The position numbers were made by a program, and so were the translations under genes. From the NCBI GenBank assembly GCA_017455185.1, contig JAFTBN010000075.1:11545-75544 (forward strand): a stretch of DNA of 64,000 bases, given 5' to 3'. The notes beneath the pieces were generated by a model. It saw nothing but the letters and a program-made list of their open reading frames with translations, did no database searches and had not been told where the DNA came from. Position 1 is the stretch's first letter. Each line of letters begins with the position of its first letter. This document shows, piece by piece, positions 16,652-26,240 of this stretch. Source of the stretch: Clostridia bacterium. GTDB lineage: Bacteria > Bacillota > Clostridia > Oscillospirales > CAG-272.

Positions 16652-16813
16652 TCAATTGTTCATCGCTTCGCGGCTGCGAATCTCGTCTTTCAATTCATTG
16701 TACAGGTGGCCGGCGGTGTCGTCCGAGATTTCTTTCCCGATGAAATACATCTCGAACAGCTTCAGTAAAACCTCAATTTCGTGGTTGTCAAGGGATAAAT
16801 ATTTCGGCTTCAA
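16652..16813 (-). CDS. Small hypothetical protein
   Basis: The track ORF is 16652-16834 (TTG start). TTG at 16813, 6 nt after GGAGG, fits better with the promoter at 16852-16890. The start remains uncertain. Confidence 0.45.
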   Translation of the reverse strand: MKPKYLSLDNHEIEVLLKLFEMYFIGKEISDDTAGHLYNELKDEIRSREAMNN

Positions 16814-16851
16814 GGTCCACCTCCGAGTACACAATTTTTCTTGTCACCTAT

Positions 16852-16890
16852 ATTATAAACTACAAAAAAGCGGTTTTGGTATCCCATTTC
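16852..16890 (-). promoter_or_regulatory. Late promoter copy 1 (conserved box + 12 nt + TATAAT)
   Basis: Minus strand reads GAAATGGGATACCAAAACCGC (16890-16870), 12 nt, then TATAAT (16857-16852). A-tracts lie upstream and the SD lies ~25 nt downstream. Confidence 0.7.
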
Positions 16891-16932
16891 GCGGTTTTCG
16901 AAGATTTTTTGAGAAAATTTTGAGTAATTTTT

Positions 16933-17685
16933 TTACCAGTCAACGATGGTGGCCAGAGCTTTGAGTGTATTCGCATATACAGCAGGCAAAGACCCTTGGT
17001 TGTCAGAAAATTTAAAATACAAATTTTGAAGTTGGGTATAAGAAAAAGATCCGTAATTTTGAACTCCCATAATATTGAGAACATTGTTAATAGATCTATA
17101 CCCAATTCTCCAGGTACCGCCGTAAGCCGTATAAGGAGACCCAATATAAGGCGTTACGTTCCAGCTGTACCGTGAATAATTTCCATCTGCATAGGCTCCA
17201 CTTAAAGGAGTAACGCCATCCGTGTCATAGAGTGTGCCTGATACAGCCACGTTGGTTGAAGAATAAGGAAAGCTGCTCCAAGGAATATTGTAAGAGGCTA
17301 CGCTGGCGCTGGGTTTAAACTTCCATTTCGTTCCTGCGTACGTTACGCCGTCCCACACTTTTGTCTTGCACCGGGCTGAAACCACAACGTCCTCAGTCGG
17401 GTTGGAAAGCGTAAGCGTATTGGTCGCGCTATCAAAGGTATATTCCGCTCCGGTCACCGAAAGGATCTGTGCCAGCTCGTACGGAGCCGTCGGGACAATG
17501 GTAATCTCCACTGTTTCCTTTTCCTGGATCACGCCCGGACCAGTATACGTTCCATTCTGGATTTCGCATGTTATGGGAAAGGTAGCGGTTAGTAGCGAGG
17601 CACCTGCGAGGAAAGCCTGCGTCGCCTTTCCGCCATTGAAGAAAAACGCGGTCGGCTTTCCCCCGATAAGAAAGAAATCAGCCAT
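16933..17685 (-). CDS. Tail-fibre-associated protein sharing an Ig-like module with the 802-aa fibre
   Basis: 250 aa. Residues ~30-105 (ATFPITCEIQNG...LSVTGAEYTFDSATNTLTLSNPTEDVVVSARC) parallel the fibre segment ATFIITNGSHNG...AVSGADYTYNNETGVVTISNPTGNVTVSATC. Confidence 0.6.
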   Translation of the reverse strand: MADFFLIGGKPTAFFFNGGKATQAFLAGASLLTATFPITCEIQNGTYTGPGVIQEKETVEITIVPTAPYELAQILSVTGAEYTFDSATNTLTLSNPTEDVVVSARCKTKVWDGVTYAGTKWKFKPSASVASYNIPWSSFPYSSTNVAVSGTLYDTDGVTPLSGAYADGNYSRYSWNVTPYIGSPYTAYGGTWRIGYRSINNVLNIMGVQNYGSFSYTQLQNLYFKFSDNQGSLPAVYANTLKALATIVDW

Positions 17686-17706
17686 ATTCTGAACTCCTCT
17701 ATAAAG

Positions 17707-17745
17707 ATTATATTACATAAGAAAGCGGTTTTGGTATCCCATTTC
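17707..17745 (-). promoter_or_regulatory. Late promoter copy 2
   Basis: The same 21-nt box (17745-17725), 12 nt, then TATAAT (17712-17707). The SD (AGAGGAG) and ATG of the 16933-17685 gene follow directly. Confidence 0.7.
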
Positions 17746-17857
17746 AATTTTAGTTAAACAGATACTATTCAATTTAAGTTACTGAATTTAATATAGTATT
17801 TGCTATGCTAAAAAATGTGTACTATTGCGTTTGTAGAAAAAACGAAAATATCTTTCT

Positions 17858-18523
17858 TTACTCCTTGACAACCGGATGCCGATGGCACCAATCCGACCAG
17901 GCGCGCCGTTTGAATTTGGCTTTCATGAGAGCAGAATCTTCATCCGTTCCGTTCTCACATCCGTGGGCCTGCAGATACGCATCCAGCCTCATGTCCGGTT
18001 CTTCCTTAAGGAATTGCAACAGAACAGGCAGATAGCTGTCCCGGAAAATGAAATCGCCTTCCGTGTTAATCGGCTCGGAGTAATCGAAATACTTGTACGT
18101 TCCGTCTTTGGCAATTCCGATCTGGAAGCGGTCCTTCGGCTTCCATTCCAGGATCTCCGCGATATTATACGGGATATTGTTCGCCAGCACGTTGTGGATG
18201 CACTGCTCGCACATACCGTCGCAGGAGCACGGCACCCTGGTCAACTCTGCGTGGTCATACAAGTCGCAATAGATGCCGTCTCTTGCATAGTCGATGAAAA
18301 ACTCGGATTTATCCTCTACATACTCCATATAGAGGAAATCGTTGCTCTCGTCATAACGGACAATATCCGCAAGATATTTAAATTTGCCGGAATTGTAACG
18401 GTCTCTTTCCGAACGGCTTTGCAAGATTCCATTTCGGTTCACCGGAATTTTCAGCACCGTTCCGTCTTCCATCAGGCAGGAGACTCTTCCTCTGCCATGC
18501 CCCAGATATTTCTTTATCTTCAT
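17858..18523 (-). CDS. Hypothetical protein with a protein-kinase-like motif arrangement
   Basis: 221 aa: LGHGRGRV (Gly-rich loop), VLKIP (VAIK-like Lys), FLYMEYVED (hinge), KDRFQIGIAKDGTYKYFDYS (catalytic-loop/DFG-like). A Cys-rich insert is present. Pattern-level call only. Confidence 0.35.
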   Translation of the reverse strand: MKIKKYLGHGRGRVSCLMEDGTVLKIPVNRNGILQSRSERDRYNSGKFKYLADIVRYDESNDFLYMEYVEDKSEFFIDYARDGIYCDLYDHAELTRVPCSCDGMCEQCIHNVLANNIPYNIAEILEWKPKDRFQIGIAKDGTYKYFDYSEPINTEGDFIFRDSYLPVLLQFLKEEPDMRLDAYLQAHGCENGTDEDSALMKAKFKRRAWSDWCHRHPVVKE

Positions 18524-18535
18524 ATTTGCCTCCCA

Positions 18536-20944
18536 TTATGAGCCCTGATAATTGGTGGTTATGCTAATATCTGTGGTATAACCATCTATATAGATATTGT
18601 TTGTCGGGGTGATGTCATAAGGATAATCACCGCCTGCTGCCCACTCGCTAACGACAGTTACTCCATCAACCACAATGGTAACGTCAACAGAAGCGCCGGA
18701 CACTGAAACGGTAACTACATCGCCATCATTTATGTTTATAACTTCGTTTTGTGAAACAGATCTCCACACACCATTTATAGAAATACCCTGAGGAGGAGCA
18801 TTAGTACCAATCGTAATTGTATACCCGGTCTGTACCACTACGCAGGTAGCAGAAACTGTAACATTTCCGGTCGGATTGGAAATGGTAACGACGCCGGTTT
18901 CGTTGTTGTACGTGTAGTCTGCACCGGAAACCGCAATGGTTTCAGGGAGCCCGTATCCTTCCTGCGGCGTAATCGTGAAGGTCTGGCTTCCGCCTTCCTT
19001 GATAACGGGCACGCCGTTATGGGAACCATTCGTGATAATGAAGGTTGCCGTGTATTCCGGAATGATGATATACAAATAACCATCGTACTTGGTAGCCGGC
19101 TCGGTCGGAAGAATTACAATCTTAATTCCGTTCGGATTCGCAGCGGACGGCGCGGATGTGCGGTACCAGAGCGTATCGATCTGGTAATTGTCTTCGCCAA
19201 TCGTAATGGACCGCAAAGACGGATCTGACGCGGTTCTCGTGGGATTCGCCGCAACGGCAGAGCCTCCCCCTTCGGGCATCTTGTACTTGGTACCGTTCAC
19301 TTCCAGGCCTTCCAGCTCGGTCTCGGTCCCGGCAAGGGTCGGATTGGCGGAAACAGTCGGCATTTTGTATTTCGTGCCGTTGAGTTCAAGGCCCGTCATA
19401 GCGGCTTCCGTTCCGGCCAGGGTCGGGTTGACTGCGATGGAGGGAACCGTCGGATGCGTAATCTTAAACTTCGCGCTGTTGATCTGCAGGCGTTCAAGCT
19501 CGGTCTCGGAGCCTGTCTGCGTCGGGTTGGCCGCAATCGTCGGGACGTCCGGCATCTTGTACTTGGTTCCGTCTACCTGAATGCCAGCCAGTTGCGTCTC
19601 GGTTCCGGCCAGGGTCGGATTTGCTACGACTTCACTGCCCTCCGGCATCTTGTATTTCGTGTCGCCGACTTGAAGGCCGGTCAGCTCCGCCTCGTTCCCG
19701 GAAAGCGTGGGATTGGCTGTGACGCCCGTCTGCAATGCTTCAATCTGCGCAATCAGGTCTCCCAAAGGAATGTCGACGTGCGATCCGTTCGCAAGCACCA
19801 GCACCAGCTTATCGTTGCTCTCGTCATAATACGAGCCGTTCCCGATTACCAGTTCGGTCGGCAGGTCCAGGGTTGAGGTTGTGCCGTCTGCATGCGTGAA
19901 CGTAATCACGCCGGTTGACGCATTGTAGGAATGACTGACGACAGCCCCGTTGATTTTGGCCGTCAGCGCACTTGCCAGTTTGGCTTCCGCTACCGCTCCT
20001 GCGGCAATCTTCTCTGTCGTGACAGCCGATACCGCAAGCTTTGCCGCAGTGATAGCCGAATCCTTCACGTGGGCCGTCTCTACGGCCGTCGGAGCAATCT
20101 GGTCGGCTGTTACCGCCTCGTCCGCAATCTTTTCGGTTGTGACCGCTTCTGACGCGATTTTCGGGGTTGTTACAGACCCGTCTGCCAGTTTGGCTGTGGT
20201 GACCGCTCCGTTTGCCAGTTTCGGCTCGGTTACGGCGCCTGCCGCAATCTTGGGGGTTGTCATCATTCCGTCTGCCAGCTGAGATGCGTCAATGGCACCG
20301 GGCGCCAGCTTCTCCGCGGTTACGGATGCGTTCGCGAGCTTGGCCGTGGTGACTGCTCCGTCCGCAATCTTCGGGGTTGTAACCGCTGCGTCCGCCAGCC
20401 GGCCCGTTCCGGTCGTAAGGTCCAGGTTATAGGCCGCCACGTTGTCCAGGGAACCTTCCTGATTCCGCAGAGCAATGGTGAAGACGTTGCCCGACAGGCT
20501 CAACACCACGTGCCGCAGGTCTACCGCATTGGTCTGCAGTTCCTCGATGTCCTCTGCGTGGTCCGCAAGGGACTGCGAGAACGAATTCAGGATGGCCTGT
20601 ACGGACTGCGTTGTGGACGAATCCACGGAAGGCATCGCATACAGGATGCTTGCAAGATCGCCGTCGACGATGGCGTCAATCAGTTCCTGCAGGTTGGTGA
20701 TGCCTTCCTCGTCCAGGTCTATGCGGATGTGCTCCGCTGCGTTGTCGCCTCCGAGTACGTCCACAATTTCGTTGATTTTCGCCATCATAATGGCCGGGAA
20801 TCTATCAAACCACGCCTTCAGAGAAGCCGCGTTCTGCGTCTGTTGACCGAAGTTCAGGTCCGAGTTCGGTCTGTCTGCCAAAGCCTGTACGCCGTTCGCC
20901 TGCAGCTGCTGAAGTGTCAGTTTATCAATCTGTGTTACCGCCAC
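18536..20944 (-). CDS. Tail fibre / receptor-binding protein with two internal repeat arrays
   Basis: 802 aa; GTG start follows GGAGGAACAGAAC. About 12 copies of an 11-aa AVTTxKIAxxx repeat and 6 copies of a ~30-aa ANPTLAGTETELxGLxVxGTKYKMP repeat. The C-terminal domains are beta-rich. Confidence 0.8.
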   Translation of the reverse strand: MAVTQIDKLTLQQLQANGVQALADRPNSDLNFGQQTQNAASLKAWFDRFPAIMMAKINEIVDVLGGDNAAEHIRIDLDEEGITNLQELIDAIVDGDLASILYAMPSVDSSTTQSVQAILNSFSQSLADHAEDIEELQTNAVDLRHVVLSLSGNVFTIALRNQEGSLDNVAAYNLDLTTGTGRLADAAVTTPKIADGAVTTAKLANASVTAEKLAPGAIDASQLADGMMTTPKIAAGAVTEPKLANGAVTTAKLADGSVTTPKIASEAVTTEKIADEAVTADQIAPTAVETAHVKDSAITAAKLAVSAVTTEKIAAGAVAEAKLASALTAKINGAVVSHSYNASTGVITFTHADGTTSTLDLPTELVIGNGSYYDESNDKLVLVLANGSHVDIPLGDLIAQIEALQTGVTANPTLSGNEAELTGLQVGDTKYKMPEGSEVVANPTLAGTETQLAGIQVDGTKYKMPDVPTIAANPTQTGSETELERLQINSAKFKITHPTVPSIAVNPTLAGTEAAMTGLELNGTKYKMPTVSANPTLAGTETELEGLEVNGTKYKMPEGGGSAVAANPTRTASDPSLRSITIGEDNYQIDTLWYRTSAPSAANPNGIKIVILPTEPATKYDGYLYIIIPEYTATFIITNGSHNGVPVIKEGGSQTFTITPQEGYGLPETIAVSGADYTYNNETGVVTISNPTGNVTVSATCVVVQTGYTITIGTNAPPQGISINGVWRSVSQNEVININDGDVVTVSVSGASVDVTIVVDGVTVVSEWAAGGDYPYDITPTNNIYIDGYTTDISITTNYQGS

Positions 20945-20956
20945 GTTCTGTTCCTC

Positions 20957-23900
20957 CTATCTGTTCTTGTAACGGCCGAGTATGTAGTACCGATATGCCA
21001 GGTAGTACAAGGCAAACGGCTTCCGGTACTCGTCGGAATAAATGTAGTATTGCTTTTCGACCCACCGGCGTTCCTTCTCCTTGATCATGAACAGGTCCTT
21101 GTCGGAAGCCGAGAAGGAGAAGTCCGAGAAATCCAGCGTTTCAAAATCCATGGTCATGCTGTTGATCCGCGCCACCTGGTTAAATACGTTCCGGTTGGTA
21201 CGCACCTTGATCTTGGCTGCCGAGGCGTCAAACCGCTTGGTCTTGAGCACAATGGATTTCTTTACGGTCGTTTTGGTGAATTGCGGAATACCGCAGTTGT
21301 CCATCTTGGTCGCGCATCCGCACAGGATGGTGCGCCCGTTGAAGGTATACCACTGGGAATCAATGGTCCCGTCCGCGTTCCGCATATCGGTATTGAAGCA
21401 GAAGATCTTCCCTTCGCTCGTCCCGAACAGGAGCCGGTCTCCGACCGCCTTGACGAGCTGGGCCGGATGGAAAACACCGCCGATTTTCGCACCGCTGGCT
21501 TCCACCAGGAATGCGTGCAGGGTTGTGGTACCTCCGGTCATGTCTCCGGGATACGTGGGCTGTTCCGTCTCGTACACGACGAAATGGACCGTTCTGGCTT
21601 CCGCGACTCCGTACACGGTATACACCTGCACGTCCGTGGAATAGATCTCCACGGAAGATGTCCCGTCCTCTTCGGGCGGATTGGCCACCTGTCCGCTCAG
21701 GTCTCTTGTCTCGTACAAGGCCGGGAAGTACACCTGGGTTGCGTCTTCCAGGGTCAGGTTCACCAGTCCGTCATCGTTTCCGCACGTGCAGTCCTCTTCC
21801 AGGTTCTTGCACACCCGGCAGAAACGGATGGTCTTCGGCTCTGTCGTCGCAACGTGCTCTTCCCACTGAAGCCTGGAAGCATAGCGGTATTCGTCGTACT
21901 GGCCCTTGTAGGAGCCGATGTCCTCCAGGTAGTACCATTCGTATTCCTTGACGCCTTGCGCGCCCTCGTAGGCCTGCCGGCTGTCTGCCAGGAAGATGTG
22001 CCCCTCGATGGCAAGCACCAGGTAACTGCCCCAGACGGTCATCTGCGCTTTGGTCAGGTCCAGATTGAGCAGTTTCGCGTCAATCAGGGTTGACCGATGC
22101 TCCAGCGCCCTCTCCAACCTTACGGACAATTGCCCGATGGCATCCAGGCCGTGCTTGGATACGAAGACGGGATCGTCGCGGAAATTGGAAGCCGCGCCGA
22201 GGCACCCGATCCAGGCAAGCCCCTGCTTGGAAGGATAGGTCACCGGGAGCAGGTCCTCACCGGTCTCATAGGCCGTATGGTAGAAGATGCTTCCGTCCTG
22301 CGTGGTGTCGCCCTTGAAGACGGCCAGCGTATCCGCCACAGGAAGCATGGCCGTTATCGGCACATTCTCCACGCCGTCGGTCACATAGTTCAGCAGACCC
22401 CAGTAAGACGGATCCACAAGGCCCGTTTCGACGTCCCTGCCGCACCAGAAGATATTGTTCGGATACTTGGGATTCCCGGACAGGAACACCCGTCCGTCGT
22501 ACATGCACACCATCGTGCAGTTCTTGATCAGGTTCTCGATCTCGGCGGTCTCGTTGACGATGCCGTTGACCGAGGTCACCTGCTTCTCCGCAATGATTTC
22601 GATGCCGGCGTATCCGGTCGGGTAGTACCGCACCGTCGCGTTCTGCGAGAATTCCATAATGGCATTTTCAGGCGCTGCCGGAGGAGCCGTAAACGTAACA
22701 AGGCCCGTATCGAGATTAAACGAGACTTTGTCCGAATCGGTCTGCATAAGGATCTCGGGCACGCCGTCGGTCGTGAGGATGTCGAATTCCACTTCGGTAA
22801 AGCCGACGCCTCTGGTGATGACGATCCGGTTCCGGTCTCCGTCTTCCTGCAGAGCGCTGAACCAGTCATGTGCGGAATCGGGATAGTATACGCCGTAATC
22901 CTCGCGAAGGTTATAGGTCGCAGCGGTCTGGTCTCCCTGCAGGTACCAGGTATCCGGGCTCCCGGAAAACAGGAACACGGTATCGCCTTCGTTATCTCCG
23001 AATGCGGTTTCGGCCCACACTTCGGGATCCACGTACACGAAACCGGGAGTGGCATACACCGATTCTTCCGGAAGGTCAAGCCCGATTTCATCGGCGCCGT
23101 ATCCGTTCGGCCCCTGCACCCAGGTTCTTGCGGTCTCCCGGCTGTCCCAGTAATCGATACGCCAGGAATCAAAGCCGGCGGCCTGGAGCACAATCCGGAA
23201 GGTTCCGTTGACAGGGCCGGCTCCGAATCGGGAAGGAAAGCTCTCCCGGATCTTGGCCACAATGGTAGCAGCGTCCTGCAGGCGGTCGACCATGTACTCT
23301 CTGCCGTACACTTTGATGGAGGAGATCCGGTCCAGGTTTGGAACAGCGACCTGAAACTCGGTTGCTTCCCCGTTTCCGACGTAGGTCTGCCGGAATTTCG
23401 GAGTGAGCATGTTCCGCTGCTCGTATTCCTTGCCGATGGTGGCATTGACGCCGGATGCGATCCCGTTGATGTAGATGGTGGGAACATAGGCGTCCTCCTC
23501 AATTGACTTGACGTTTGCGCCGTTGAGCACGAGGAAATTGGTTCCGTCCAGGATGTACAGATTGTTGTTGAACGAGAAGGATTCGCTCCTGTGGTCGGCC
23601 ATGTTGGACGCAAGCACGGACATAGGCGCGTTGCGGTACACGTTCAGGATGACCTGGTAGGACATATAGACTTCCTCCGTGGTCGTCCACGTAAAGGAAA
23701 ACACCCACCGGTTGTTCACAAAGGAACGGCTCTCGTTGACCCAGCCGGCGGCCGGGCGGACGGTTGTTTTCTTCGCTTCTCCCAAAGGCTGGTAGACAAT
23801 GGAATTGACGCGCCAGCAGTCGTTGACGGTCAGGGTGAATACTCTCTGTCCGTTCAGCTCCTCGTAATTTTCCAGCGTATAGGTCTCCTGCTCGGTCACG

Positions 23901-24226
23901 CCCTGCGACTTCGGGAAATTCAGCCAGGCGTGCAGGTTGGTGCCTACGTGGACGTACAGGTCGGACCGCTGTTCTCCGTTGACGATATAGCGCCGTTCGT
24001 GGATGCCGTTCACGTTTCCGTCGGGCAGGTCCACCAGCTCCCGGAAGCCGGGAACGGTTTCGATGCAGTTTCCCTGCGCGGACTGGTAATCTTTGTACAT
24101 ATTGCACAAATACGCCAGCCGCCGGTCATGGACGTGCGTATGGTCGGAGGAAAAGTCCACGCCGCGCAATTCGTCGTACACCTTCGTATAAATGGTGCCT
24201 TCTGTGATCAGACTGTTCTTCGGCAT
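20957..24226 (-). CDS. Large tail structural protein (1,089 aa)
   Basis: Long ORF between the adaptor-like gene and the fibre. ATG at 24226 lies 2 nt after the previous stop (alternative start GTG 24235). No family recognised; the call rests on position. Confidence 0.6.
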   Translation of the reverse strand: MPKNSLITEGTIYTKVYDELRGVDFSSDHTHVHDRRLAYLCNMYKDYQSAQGNCIETVPGFRELVDLPDGNVNGIHERRYIVNGEQRSDLYVHVGTNLHAWLNFPKSQGVTEQETYTLENYEELNGQRVFTLTVNDCWRVNSIVYQPLGEAKKTTVRPAAGWVNESRSFVNNRWVFSFTWTTTEEVYMSYQVILNVYRNAPMSVLASNMADHRSESFSFNNNLYILDGTNFLVLNGANVKSIEEDAYVPTIYINGIASGVNATIGKEYEQRNMLTPKFRQTYVGNGEATEFQVAVPNLDRISSIKVYGREYMVDRLQDAATIVAKIRESFPSRFGAGPVNGTFRIVLQAAGFDSWRIDYWDSRETARTWVQGPNGYGADEIGLDLPEESVYATPGFVYVDPEVWAETAFGDNEGDTVFLFSGSPDTWYLQGDQTAATYNLREDYGVYYPDSAHDWFSALQEDGDRNRIVITRGVGFTEVEFDILTTDGVPEILMQTDSDKVSFNLDTGLVTFTAPPAAPENAIMEFSQNATVRYYPTGYAGIEIIAEKQVTSVNGIVNETAEIENLIKNCTMVCMYDGRVFLSGNPKYPNNIFWCGRDVETGLVDPSYWGLLNYVTDGVENVPITAMLPVADTLAVFKGDTTQDGSIFYHTAYETGEDLLPVTYPSKQGLAWIGCLGAASNFRDDPVFVSKHGLDAIGQLSVRLERALEHRSTLIDAKLLNLDLTKAQMTVWGSYLVLAIEGHIFLADSRQAYEGAQGVKEYEWYYLEDIGSYKGQYDEYRYASRLQWEEHVATTEPKTIRFCRVCKNLEEDCTCGNDDGLVNLTLEDATQVYFPALYETRDLSGQVANPPEEDGTSSVEIYSTDVQVYTVYGVAEARTVHFVVYETEQPTYPGDMTGGTTTLHAFLVEASGAKIGGVFHPAQLVKAVGDRLLFGTSEGKIFCFNTDMRNADGTIDSQWYTFNGRTILCGCATKMDNCGIPQFTKTTVKKSIVLKTKRFDASAAKIKVRTNRNVFNQVARINSMTMDFETLDFSDFSFSASDKDLFMIKEKERRWVEKQYYIYSDEYRKPFALYYLAYRYYILGRYKNR

Positions 24227-24228
24227 GC

Positions 24229-25158
24229 TTACCACCCGTACGTACTCCGGTACTGCACCGGTTCGCTCTTTGCTTCGGTCGCCCGGATCAGGGCAGCCTG
24301 CTGTTGATACTGGGAAAGATAATACTGCGCTTTCGCGTCCTCATCATCTGCCCACACATACGCGGCGATGAGCAAAGGAAGCAGCTGGCACAGGTCTTCG
24401 TCCAAGTCGATTACGTCCTGCGAGGTTGCCGGGCTCTCGCTGTCCGCGATGGCCTCCGGCTTTCGGATATATCTTACTTTGTAAACGCCGGGTTTGTCGT
24501 ACGGCAGGAGAATGGCTTTCCCGTTCTCGATGTCGTACTCGGAGCCTCTCAGGTAGGCGTGCGTTCCGTCGTCCACGATGGGCGGTTTGTACAGGCGGAG
24601 GAAATCATCCGCCATCATCGGCACGTCATACGAAGTAAAAGGCTCAAACGCGGGGATATCCGAAACGTTGGGCCCGAGGAGCTCCTCGTACAGAGCCGCG
24701 TTCCGGACGTAGAATGAATAATCGCCCGTGAAGCGCAGCCTCACCTCGCCGTTTACAAAATTGCTGTCAACCGTAATAAAATTGCGGAAAGGCATGTACG
24801 TTCCGGGGGACGAGATGGCAATGGGGGCATAGCAATCCTCCCACACCCATACGTTATCTACCTCCCGGCAGCGCTCCACGTGGCAATAGCCGTATCCGCA
24901 AGCCTCAAAATAAAAAGCCTTTGCGCCATCCGCCGTATAGACGATGTCGCTCATCTTCTTGACTGGTGCAAAGGAATAGTTTTTTATCATATTCTCCATG
25001 GGTTCATGATGGATAAGAACGTGGCTCGTCTGAGGCCGCAATGAAGCGACCTCAAACAGAGCGCGGTTCGCTGACAGTATGAAGTGTCTGTCATACTCCA
25101 GCAGAGTATCCTCAAAACCTAACTGAGCAACATGATCGTACAGTTCACATACTTTCAT
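24229..25158 (-). CDS. Putative head-tail adaptor / head completion protein
   Basis: 309 aa, immediately downstream of the capsid gene. The functional call rests on position only. Confidence 0.4.
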   Translation of the reverse strand: MKVCELYDHVAQLGFEDTLLEYDRHFILSANRALFEVASLRPQTSHVLIHHEPMENMIKNYSFAPVKKMSDIVYTADGAKAFYFEACGYGYCHVERCREVDNVWVWEDCYAPIAISSPGTYMPFRNFITVDSNFVNGEVRLRFTGDYSFYVRNAALYEELLGPNVSDIPAFEPFTSYDVPMMADDFLRLYKPPIVDDGTHAYLRGSEYDIENGKAILLPYDKPGVYKVRYIRKPEAIADSESPATSQDVIDLDEDLCQLLPLLIAAYVWADDEDAKAQYYLSQYQQQAALIRATEAKSEPVQYRSTYGW

Positions 25159-25182
25159 GGCTGAAGTCCTTTTGTTTGTGGA

Positions 25183-26226
25183 TTAGGAGTTAATGGCCTC
25201 CGCTGCCGAGTTGGATGCTGCGTCGTCAAACAACGCGATGTGCTTCCAGTTGGTGAAGCCTACGCCGAAGCGGCAGTAGCCGTTCCAGATGTAGTTCCGG
25301 GTGTGGTCGTCGATCCAGGACCGGATATCCAGGTTGACGCGGTTGTAGAACATGTTTGCCTGCAGGTTCTCGTTCGCTTCTCTGGACATGACCATGATCT
25401 TGTCGGAGGTGGTTTCCCAGCCATCCAGGACCACGATGGACCACTGGCCGTACTGGACGTTGATGTCGTTGTTGCCCGAACCGATGGTTCTCTCGGATCC
25501 GACGACTTTCTTGACCAGGGATTCCAGGGCGGGACGGTTTGCCGGGATGATGATGACATCCGGGACATAGCCCATGTTGTTGCCGCCTTCATCCTTGAAG
25601 TTCCGCATGCGGTTGGCAAGCAGAGCCAGGGTGGATTCGATGGTGGTAGCCGAAAGCATGGACGTTGCCGAGCCGTTGACGAAATAGTTAGCCTGGGTGC
25701 CGGAGCGGTTGGCAAAGGTGTGCGCCTTGTGGAACAGAGCCTTGCCGTCGCCTACAGTCAGGTCTACCTTGCCCTTGTTGTAGGTGAAGCCGGTCGAGGT
25801 GGCGTTGATCAGCGCCTGCTCCGCGATCTGCTTCTGGGTCAGGTAGTAAGAACGGACGAATTTCTTCGGCTTGTTCTTGATGTCGGCAGAGATACCGATC
25901 TTGGAATCATCAGCCATTTCGCGCGTGATGGTGAATTCCTTCATGAACGCGATGTGCTCGATGGTCTTCTGATAACCGGGATCGATGCTGTCGTTTTCAG
26001 CGCCCTGGCCTTCCTTGGTGGCCTGGAACGGACGGAAGTCGCCCTCACTGATGACGGTTTCCGCATAGCGGTTGGATTTCTCCACGTTGAACAGGAAGCT
26101 CAGAACGTTCTTCTGCTTCTCCATGTAATTGGATTCAGACTCGATCAGAGCCTTGATCGGATGCTCGAATTTCCCGAACATCGGGTCATTCTTGCCTTCC
26201 AGTTTGGAATAGATAATACTTGCCAT
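25183..26226 (-). CDS. Major capsid protein (HK97-fold type)
   Basis: 347 aa with a strong SD (AAGGAGG). It follows the scaffold and decoration-like genes. Length and composition are typical of HK97-like capsid proteins. The call rests mainly on position. Confidence 0.75.
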   Translation of the reverse strand: MASIIYSKLEGKNDPMFGKFEHPIKALIESESNYMEKQKNVLSFLFNVEKSNRYAETVISEGDFRPFQATKEGQGAENDSIDPGYQKTIEHIAFMKEFTITREMADDSKIGISADIKNKPKKFVRSYYLTQKQIAEQALINATSTGFTYNKGKVDLTVGDGKALFHKAHTFANRSGTQANYFVNGSATSMLSATTIESTLALLANRMRNFKDEGGNNMGYVPDVIIIPANRPALESLVKKVVGSERTIGSGNNDINVQYGQWSIVVLDGWETTSDKIMVMSREANENLQANMFYNRVNLDIRSWIDDHTRNYIWNGYCRFGVGFTNWKHIALFDDAASNSAAEAINS

Positions 26227-26240
26227 TTCGCGTTACCTCC

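Noticed and set aside
16852-16890. The conserved 21-nt box as a terminator, attenuator or packaging site
   Set aside because: No self-complementarity could be drawn. The fixed 12-nt spacing to TATAAT and the position just upstream of SD sequences in all four copies fit a promoter far better.
17368-19055. Diversity-generating retroelement (TR/VR pair) between the fibre module and its paralogue
   Set aside because: No reverse transcriptase gene is present in the window. The two copies differ throughout rather than specifically at adenines.
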